64,000 nt of DNA, from assembly GCF_009914755.1 (NCBI RefSeq), contig NC_060943.1; one strand, given 5' to 3'. This document shows, one piece after another, positions 1-64,000 of the stretch. A model generated the notes under the pieces. The model was not told the origin of the DNA. It searched no databases and saw only the letters and a list, made by a program, of their open reading frames with translations. Position 1 is the stretch's first letter, and every line of letters starts with the position of its first letter. Both the position numbers and the translations under genes were made by a program. Source of the stretch: the human T2T-CHM13v2.0 reference genome, Homo sapiens.

Positions 1-1388
<1,388 letters not shown>

Positions 1389-1754
1389 CAGCCTGAGCAA
1401 CAGAGTGAGACTCAAAAAAAAAGGTTTACATCACAGTTGGAGAGAGAGAGGCCAAAATCGTTTAAGAAATAAATATCAAATCACACCTTCATATGGGCAG
1501 TGGAGGAAAAGTAGAAGATCTTAGAAGTATTTTGAGGGAAGCTAGAAGTTAAAATGTTCCTTTGATGACATGGGAAGAGTCAGTAGCAGTCACTAGAGGC
1601 TGTTGTTTGAAAGGTGCCTTGGGGGCCAACATGTTGCTTATGGAGATAAATGTCCTGTAAGGGTTTTGATTGTGACCACTCTGCTGGAGATCCCCCAAAA
1701 TGCTCTGCTTCCGTCCTCACCCCTTCTTTTACCTCAGTGTCTCCTTTATTGCAG

Positions 1755-1795
1755 GGAGAACACCGACTGAGACCTCAAACCCTGGCTCCAGTGTC

Positions 1796-1798
<3 letters not shown>
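1755..1798 (+). CDS. ZNF333: ZNF333 start exon: 41 nt 5'UTR + ATG (1796-1798) directly before the donor
   Basis: cctttattgcag|GGAGAA...GTCATG|gtgagg. An ATG-terminal exon spliced in phase 0 onto a KRAB-A exon is typical of KRAB-ZNF genes. Confidence 0.85.
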
Positions 1799-27631
<25,833 letters not shown>

Positions 27632-28115
27632 CTTCCATTTTGTAAAAATATAAACACATGGGGCTATGACTTTCCCTCGTAATACTCCTTTAGCTGCATC
27701 CTGTGTTTCAATGTATAATATTTTCATTTTGGTTTAATTGTAAGTATTGTCTTAACCTCCATTATCGTTTATTCTTTGACCCATCTATTATTTGGAATTA
27801 GATTTTTCAAAACTAATATGTGGATATATTTTCATAGAGGTATAATGACTTATAGTGAAATGCATACATCTGAAGTGTACAGTTGGATGAGTTTGACAGA
27901 TGCATACATGCATGTAACCACCACCCCATTCCAGATATAGAATGTTTCTATCTCTCTGGAAGGTTCCTGCATGTTATATGGCTATTTCTTAGTTGCCTTT
28001 TTGTTGTTGGTTTCTAATTTAATTACATGGTGAGAAGAGTATGTGGCCTCTTTGTTACTGAGTCATAGGTATTTGCTGAGATTTGCTATTAGGTCTGGTG
28101 TGGCTTATTCTTCTA

Positions 28116-28590
<475 letters not shown>

Positions 28591-28959
28591 TCACTGGATG
28601 TGACTCTGGGGAAGATATTGTGTTCAGGGATGGTTTCATGTAGCCACATCTCTCCACTTCTTGCCTTTTGGACAAGTAGACATGATTTCTAGACCTAGAG
28701 GAGCCCTCCTGTGACCATAAGGGTAAAAGCCGCAAGCTAAGAAGAGGGTGGCCGGAAGTCATAACCATCTTGCTTCTGTAATCTAAAAAATATTTAGGAT
28801 AGATTTAATAGAATTGGCATATTTATGTGATTGCAGCAGCCCTGGACTATTTATTTCTGGATGTCCCATACATGAAAAATATGCACTTCTTACTGGTACA
28901 GTTTTCTTTTGTTTGTTTTTGTTTTTGGTGGGAGGTTTATTTCACCTGAATATAATTCC

Positions 28960-32000
<3,041 letters not shown>

Positions 32001-32074
32001 CATCACACTTCTTTTGCAACCCATATTATGAAGTGTCACTACTCTCCTTGGTCCAAGTTAAAATGCTTTCCTGG

Positions 32075-37039
<4,965 letters not shown>

Positions 37040-37040
<1 letters not shown>

Positions 37041-37518
37041 AATGCTGGGTGCTGCAAAGTGAAACCAGCACTGAGGCAAAAGTTCTCTCAGCAAGGCAGT
37101 TTACTTCTGCAGAAGGGTGCCACCCACGTCAATCAAGATCCAAGAGCACAGAGAACAAAGGAGGCCAGGGGGGTTTTATATCCTTAACGCAATCCCTGCC
37201 TCCATGTCCTTCCCCCATGGGCTGGGGTCGGCACAATGTAAGCTGACCCGATTGGCTACTTGCGAATATTTCTCTCAAATAAAGAAGGGGGAAGGGGACG
37301 TGAGTTACAATGGTGGGACGTGCAGTTTTGAAGGGTATGTGTGTGGTTTTGAGGGGTGGAACGGGTGCAGAATGCGTGACCGAGGGAACAGATGTGAGTT
37401 ATTGATTAGTGCCGACGGGAAGGCTGTTTATAGTAACTTGGGGCAGGGAGGCATAGAGACAAGGAAGTTAACAGACTGAACCTTTGAAGAGAAACCGAGA
37501 GATTCATTGCATCCTACA
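37040..37518 (-). mobile_element. ERV1 solo LTR (LTR10-like)
   Basis: Minus strand begins TGTAGG, with a TATAAAA box and agaagtaaactgccttgctgag near the 3' end. Confidence 0.55.
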
Positions 37519-37699
37519 GTCAGGGTTTCTCAACTGTGACCTTATTGGCCAGATAATTCTTTGCTGTAGGAACTGCCCTATGCACTGAAGACTGTTGAGC
37601 AGCATCCCTGGACTATTAACTAAATGCCAGTAGCTTGGGTTGGGGAGATGTTGGTCAAACGATACACTTTTTTTTTTTGTTTTTTGAGACAGGGTCTAA

Positions 37700-37891
<192 letters not shown>

Positions 37892-39640
37892 TGAAGCGAT
37901 CTGCCCACCCCAGCCTCCCAAAGTGCTGGGATTATGGTGTGAACCACTGCGCCCGGTGGGATACAAATTTCAGTTAGACAGGAGGAAGAAGTTCAGGAGA
38001 TCAATTGTAGAGCATGGTGACTATAGTTAATAATAAATTATATTCTTAAAAAATGCTAAGAGAGTGGATGTAAATTGTTCTCACCACCAAATAATAACTA
38101 TATGAGACGAGGCATACATTAATTTGCTAGATCTGGTTATTCCCCAATGTATACATCCATTATACATCATGTTGCTCTTGATAAATACATCCAATTTTAT
38201 CTGTCCAAAGAAAAATGCCAGTGGGATCCCTGCTAGTTGTATACTGGAAAGGGCAGAAATCCTCAGTTCTTTGTTGTCTTGAGAGAAAGATTTTGGCTAA
38301 AATGACTACTTTAGCCAAAAAGAGAATTTATTGAAGGAAAATAGAGAGAAGAGAGTTATTTTTATTTTTTATTTTTTGAGATGGAGTCTCGCTCTGTCAC
38401 CCAGGCTGGAGTACAATGGCACAATCTCTGCTCACTGCAACCTCTGCCTCCCAGGTTCAAGTGATTCTTCTGCCTCGCAGCCTCCTGAGTAGCTGGGATT
38501 ACAGGTGCCCGTGACCATGCCTGGTTAATTTTTGTATTTTTAGTAGAGATGGGGTTTCACCATGTTGGTCAGGCTGGTCTTGAACTCCTGACCTCAGGTG
38601 ATCTGCCTGCCTCAGTCTCCCAAAGTGCTGGGATTACAGGTGTGAACCACCGTGCCCGGCCACTGTCTTCATTTTCAGAATGTTCCACTTAGTTCTTCCC
38701 AGCCCCTTCTCTCTTATCCCACCATCAGTCTGTCCTTCCTTCCTTCTTTCCTTCCTCCCTTCCTCTCTTTCTTTCACTTTTTTCTTTTTCTTTCTTTGCT
38801 TTTCCTTTCTCTATCTCCTTTCTTTTTCTTTGTCTTCCTCTCTCTTTCTGTATTTCTTGCACTGTAAATTTAAGAGTTTATTATTTAAAAAAAGTTAAAG
38901 CTAGCAAAGCAGTTTGTAATAACCCAAACTGGGAACAACCCAAATGTCTATCAACAGTGATTTTTTTAATTTCAACTTTTATTTTTAGATTCTGAGGGTA
39001 CACGTTTAGGTTTGTTACAAGAGTATATTGCATGATGCTGAGGTTTGGGGTACAAATGAATCCAGTTAGTGAGCATAGTACCTGATAGGTAGTTTTTCAA
39101 CCCTTGCCCTCCTCCCTCCCTCCTCCATCTAGTAGTCCCCATTGTCTAATGCTCCCATCTTTATGTTCACGTGTACCCAATATTTAGCTCTCTCTTACAG
39201 GTGAGAACATGCGGTATTTGGTTTTCTAAGTTAATTCACTTAGGATGATGGTTCCAGCTGCATTCATGTGGCTGCAAAACACACCACCATCAGTCTTTCA
39301 AACTCCCATCCCAGAATGCCCTAAATAGCAGATATTTAGGACATTCATAGGCAGTCCCTTACATGCTGCCCTGGTCTCAAGCACCGCCCCTCCTGCCCCC
39401 TCCCCCCAAGGATTGGCCCCTTTATTCATTCAATTTCTCTTCTCTTTCCCTCATTCTTCCTCCTTATAATTCCCTTTTCAGCCACCCAACTAATTTGGAA
39501 GAATTTCCACATCCAGTACTCTCTTGCATGTTCAGATCGCTAGAATCCAACCTCTGGATATCAAAGGATCACTACTGGGGCTTGAAGACTCCAAATCTGC
39601 AGATTCTGAAGCTTGCAGGTCAGTGGCCTTGGACTTTCAA

Positions 39641-39715
39641 ACTTCCAGTTCCGTGACATCCGGGCTCCTTAACTTCCGGCTTCCGGGAGCTTAGTCACAT
39701 ACTTCTGGCTTCCGG
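39641..39715. promoter_or_regulatory. Cluster of ETS (CCGGAAGT-type) motifs
   Basis: ACTTCCAG 39641, ACATCCGG 39656, ACTTCCGGCTTCCGG 39672-39686, ACTTCTGGCTTCCGG 39701-39715. Confidence 0.5.
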
Positions 39716-40442
39716 ATTGTAGGTTCCCCGCAAGGAGACTAAGGCCTGTGTGGGTCTTTGTTTCCCCAGCCGTGCAATGACTGTTAGATGCAGAAAGGGG
39801 GAAAACAGCCAGGGAAACTGCTCACAGTGGACCCCCACGGTGGAGAGCTGGAGGGAGAGGGTTCTTCAAACGTGTACCCTAGCTCCTTTGTCTGCTGTCT
39901 TTGGTGGGCGTGGTCTTGTACTTAAAATCCAGCTGAGAAGCCAAACTCTACCTTAAAGCCGTATTTCATGTTTCAAACTGGATGATATAATTCTGGAGAA
40001 ATGAGATGGGAAACTCTGCTGCCTACTTGCCCCTTAACTCTTGTTTATCTTTGGGTTTCTTACTACATACCAGAGCTTAATCTTTATTTTCTTACTTAAT
40101 ATTCAAACACAACCCATGAGCAAATTAACATTATTTCCATCATAAATAAAGAGAATGGACTTAATAAATTTAAAAAGTGAAGATATGGGGGCAAATGGAT
40201 GCTGCCATCAGCTGACCCTAGAGTTTCCTCTGACCTTCCTTCCCCAACCTCGTCTGTGTTTCACTTCTGCCATGTCCTTAAAGGGGCTGTGTGTCCCCCA
40301 GACCACAGAGTCCATTGCACTGCACCTTTCCTTCCTCCTCATTTTCCATCTTACAAATCATCAATATTCCTGGATGTAGGATCATGTCTGTCTTATATGT
40401 TTTAGTTTCTCTCAATTTAGCATTATGCCTTGCACGAGAGTA

Positions 40443-40783
40443 TAGGAATACCTCATTTCATTGCCCTTCACAGATATTGCATTTTTTACAAATTGAACGT
40501 TTATGGCAGCCCTGTGTCGAGCAAGTCTGTAGGTGCCATTTTCCCAACAGCATGTGCTCACTTTGTGTCCCTGCTTGAGCATTTTTTAGGAATAAACTAT
40601 TTTTAAATTAAAGTATGTACATTAAAAAAAAGACATAATGCTATTGCACACATTACAGTATAGGGTAAGCATACTTTTATGCACACTGGGAAACCAAAAA
40701 ATGTGTATGACTTGCTTTATTGCAATATTCACATTATTGTGGTGATCTGGAGTGGAGCCTGCAATATCTCTGAGGTGTGTCTG
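40443..40783 (+). mobile_element. Internally deleted Tigger1 (both termini retained)
   Basis: TA-flanked (t)aggaatacctc...gaggtgtgtctg. The 5' and 3' consensus-like blocks are joined near 40575. Confidence 0.85.
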
Positions 40784-40857
40784 TATGTGCTCATCACATA
40801 TGTGATGAATGGATGAATAAATTAGTGTAGAGTGAAGTGCTTCCATGAACCTGAACA

Positions 40858-41268
40858 TCATGGTCTGGAAACTATGGGCAGTGAGTCAAATCTGACCCAC
40901 CATCTGTTTCTGTACAGCTAAGAATAGTTTTTACATTTTTCAAATGGGTGAAAACAAATAAAAAGAAGAATGATATTTTGTGTCACATGACTGATATATG
41001 AAGTTCAAGCTCAGTGTCCATAAAGTTTTATTAAAACATAGCCATGATCATTCATTTATGATTGTCTATAGCTGTTTTCATATCACAATGGAAGTTCAAG
41101 TTCAGTGTCTGTAAAGTTTTATTAAAACATAGCCATGATCATTCATTTATGATTGTCTATAGCTGTTTTCATACCACAGTGGTAGAATTGAGTTGCTGTA
41201 AATACCTGGCTCACAAAGCCTAACATATACACTATCAGGCTCTTTAAGAAAACATTTGGCGACCCCTG
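40858..41268. mobile_element. MER58-like element with a 91-bp internal tandem duplication (41000-41090 / 41091-41181)
   Basis: Two near-identical copies of gaagttcaag...aaagttttattaaaacatagcc...cac(a)atg; ends ...atttggcgacccctg. Confidence 0.75.
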
Positions 41269-41529
41269 CTCTAGGTAGACTCTATGGGGATATGGGCTCT
41301 ACACTCATAGGGACCCACATGTTCCAAGCCTCCAGCTGTGTGTTCTGCTTCCTCAAGCAGCAGCTGACTCTGATATTCCCCATCTCACCTTAGCAGTCTA
41401 TATCAAGCAAAGGGCACGCAGAATCCCATGCACCCATCATGTATGTAATAAAAGGCAGATATTATGTGGTCTCTTGAACCAGCCTTAGGCATGGAGGTTG
41501 AGGATCAGGAGTGACTTGAGGGTACTGAC

Positions 41530-42090
41530 TGGCAGAGCAGGAGCCCCGTTATTTTGGACAAACACCGCCACTTTAAGTTTCAGCTTCATTTTTAGCCTTC
41601 TGGATTTAAGGAAATTACTTTTTTAAAAACTATAAGCAGCCAAAAAAAGCAGACAGTAAAATGCAGATAAAACAGCTCGGGCACAGAGGAAGGTGGAGGA
41701 AAAGTCTCTTGGGTAACTGCCAAACTTCACCCTCATACAATGGGCCCCAGTAAAACAGTGGGCCTTAATAAGCACATTCCTTTCCCTCCAGGTGCACTAA
41801 AATAGGGAAGCTAAAAGCAGACTTGGGGGGTATGCCTACAGCTGCAGAAAAATGTATAAAAGCAAACACACCACTCTCCCTCCCATATAAGCACAACAAA
41901 AAAAACACAGAAGCAGTCCAAGCCTCTAAGAAACTCTCCCACCCTAAATCCTTAAACACTCTTAGTCTGTAGAAAAGACTCTAACCTAATTCAGCCAGCA
42001 GCCCCTCTCAGGTGTGTTTTCTCTAAAATAAACCTGTCTTAACCATCAAGCCACTTTTTGTGTTTCTTTCCTCTTTCTTTAATTCTTACA
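41530..42090 (+). mobile_element. ERV1 solo LTR (LTR19-like) with AATAAA at 42027-42032
   Basis: TG...CA termini (tggcagagcaggagc...aattcttaca) with a 5-bp TSD CTGAC. Confidence 0.82.
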
Positions 42091-43034
42091 CTGACCTAGT
42101 GGTGGAGGCTTGGCAAGGATGCCTGTTACCAAGTGGGTTACTTCTGCACTATTTATAGAGAAGGAGAAATGGCTAAAAGTAGAGGTACCAGGTTGCCAAC
42201 AATGGTTACTTGGGGGGTAGCATTCAAAGTTCTCCAAAGCCCCTAAATCAATACTCATTGAGCTTATACGGACAGGCACAGAGCAGTGAAAAATGTGAGT
42301 TGCACTGGGAAATGTTCCCAGCTGAGTTGACAAAGCAATGCTCTGTAATGTTTTGGTTCTTATAAAAAGGTGCCCAGAGGATGGAGATGGTAGGTAGTGT
42401 AGGGCAGTGCAAGAAGCTCCAGCTCTGGGACCAGTTGGATGGGGTTTGAATCCTAACCCTGGCTCCTGTTAGTGGGATGGCCTCAGGCAAGTCACTTAAC
42501 ATTCAGGATCTCAATTTCTCTTTTGTAAAACAAATAGAGGCTAGGTGCAGTGGCTCAAGCCTGTAATCCCCGCACTTAGGGAGGCTGAGGCCTGCGGATT
42601 GCCTGAGCTCAGGAGATTAAGACCTGAGCCTGGGCAGCATAGTGAGACCCACGTCTCTACAAAAAATACAAAAATTAGCCCGGTGTGGTGGTACACACCT
42701 GTAGTTTCAAATACCTGGAGGGGGACTGAGGCAGGAGGATTGCTTAGGCCTTGGGAGGTCGAGGCTGCAGTGAGCAGTGTTTGTGCCATTGTACTCCAGC
42801 ATGGGTGACAAAGCAAGACCCTGCCTCAAAAAAAATTAGAATCTACCAGGTTGAGTTGCTTTTGGAACTTAATATTATCATCTATGTGAGATTTCATATA
42901 TTTTTGTATTTTTACTAGAGACAAGATTTCACCATGTTGACCAGGCTGGTCTTGAACTCCTGACCTTAGGTGATCTGACCACCTCAGCCTCCCAAAGTGC
43001 TGGGATTATAGGCGTGAGCCACTGTGCCTGGCCA

Positions 43035-43542
43035 GGAGCAGAGGTTTAATAGGCAAAAGAAAGAGAAAGGAGAACAGCTCTTTCTCTTGCATGGGAGAGG
43101 GGCGTCTGAATGGGAAATCTGACCCTCGTCATAGTGTACCAGATTTTATAGACAGGCTTGAGAAGGCGGTGTCTGATTTACCTAGGGCCTACCCCTATGT
43201 GAGCTGGCCACCCCACCCTAATCTTATTATGCAAATGAGCTTTGGCTGACACTATGTTGCCTGCTTTTTACTGTACACATGGCTGGCAAAGAGAAGGGAA
43301 CTTGGAGCCGCCATTTTGGACATGCCTAGTCTAGGTAGCTTTTTCCTATTGGCACAGCTGCCGGCATTCACCCGTGGAAGCTTCCAGCTTGCTTGTCTAT
43401 GTCTGCAGCTCGATTTTACAGGCTGTTCTTTGTTAGAAAAGAAAATGATTTTGGGGGCTGCTTTTCATTAAATGGAAAACCTTACTGAGGACTTCCTACC
43501 CTTGCTATTTGCCTAAATGATTTCTCCTTAACTCCTATATCA
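43035..43542 (-). mobile_element. MER50-like LTR fragment in the ADGRE2 3'UTR
   Basis: Minus strand begins tgatataggagttaaggagaaatcatttaggc..., resembling MER50 as I recall it. Confidence 0.6.
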
Positions 43543-44542
43543 TCACCATGCTTGGCTAATTTTTAATTTTTTTTTTGGGTAGAGATGGTTCTCACTCTGT
43601 TGCCCACACTGGTCTCAAACTCCTGGGCTTGAGCCATCCTCCTGCCTCACCCTCCCAAAGTGCTAGGATTACAGGGCATGAACTGTGCCATACCCATCTT
43701 CGAGGTTTTATGGTCATGTAGAATTTCTGTTCAAGGAAAGCAGATAACAGACAGGGTTAAGGGCATTTGCTTGGAATATTTAGGAGTTTTGCAGGTCATT
43801 CCTTTGAAATGGAATTTGTTGCACATCCCCGATCTGAGATTAGAAACTTTTCTGCATGTTGGTGTGAAGACGAAAGAAGACAGTGTTTATAAAATAGTTT
43901 ATACTTCAATTGCCTAGCAGTAGAAACCTGATTTCTAGGAATTTCGGCTTCTGAGTCAACTCTAGCTGCAAGAGCCACTTCATTTTCCCCTAAAAGCTCC
44001 ATGAAGGCAGGAGCCGTGTCTCTCTTGATCTATGTGTGAGTAATCAATATTTTTCACATGACTAAATAATCAAACCCGTAGAACTAGAGAACAACAAAAA
44101 CAAAAACAAAAAATTAAGAAATCCAGATCGTGGTGTGAACATTCTAGTCCTTTCAGATGTTGTCGGTATGAAAGTCCTCTTAGGCTCGTTTTCCTGCTTC
44201 ATTTTAAGATTTGGAGGAGTCTTTGTAGGAAGGAGAGGCTGTGAAAGAGGTCTTAACGTTCTATAGCTTCATAAATATTGTGCTTCAGAGTGACCAAGAT
44301 ATGGGCCACAGCTGGCCGTCCATATGCTGAGAGTTTGATGAGCACATTGCAGGGCATGGAAGATTTCCGGTTTCTGCAGGAATTGAATGCCTAGCACGCC
44401 TTCCATAACATCCTTCATATTGCTGACATGGTGAATTTCTTGAAACACACAGAACAAAGTCTTTTCTTTCCCCTCTAGATGGCTCAAAGATTGTTCAGAT
44501 TTTCCACGGGCAAAGAGGGAAGATCTTATTCAGAAGATTTTT

Positions 44543-64000
<19,458 letters not shown>

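Larger units (their letters stand above)
41000..44542 (-). other. ADGRE2: ADGRE2 3'UTR (approximate 3' end), TE-rich
   Basis: Runs from the stop codon to a cluster of minus-strand AATAAA signals (+ strand tttatt at 41027-41032, 41118-41123 and 40716-40721). Confidence 0.6.

Overview
Human-like (primate) genomic DNA, very Alu-dense, matching chr19p13.1. It has no prokaryotic features. The + strand carries the complete coding region of ZNF333 (exon numbers assume one upstream non-coding exon). Its 11 GT-AG coding exons span 1796-27631 and total 1998 nt = 665 aa + stop, with two KRAB modules and 10 intact C2H2 fingers. The - strand carries the 3' half of the adhesion GPCR ADGRE2/EMR2 (GPS, 7TM, C-tail, ~3.5 kb 3'UTR), convergent with ZNF333. 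Almost all other ORFs in the track are Alu/LTR/microsatellite artefacts. I found no wholly new biological system, but several structures are worth checking. (1) ZNF333 looks like a fusion of two tandem KRAB-ZNF genes, with a fossil spacer + zinc-finger exon in intron 5 whose acceptor survives. (2) The last ZNF333 intron is decayed coding sequence (intronisation). (3) An inverted, intron-containing ADGRE2-like pseudogene fragment lies at ~32-37 kb. (4) An Alu inserted at the ADGRE2 terminal acceptor and duplicated it. (5) A candidate zinc-finger-less ZNF333 terminal exon could overlap the ADGRE2 3'UTR, next to a periodic ETS-site cluster. (6) There are templated-insertion scars in AT-rich DNA. 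Repeat family names and comparisons with other proteins come from memory of consensus sequences and need RepeatMasker/BLAST confirmation.
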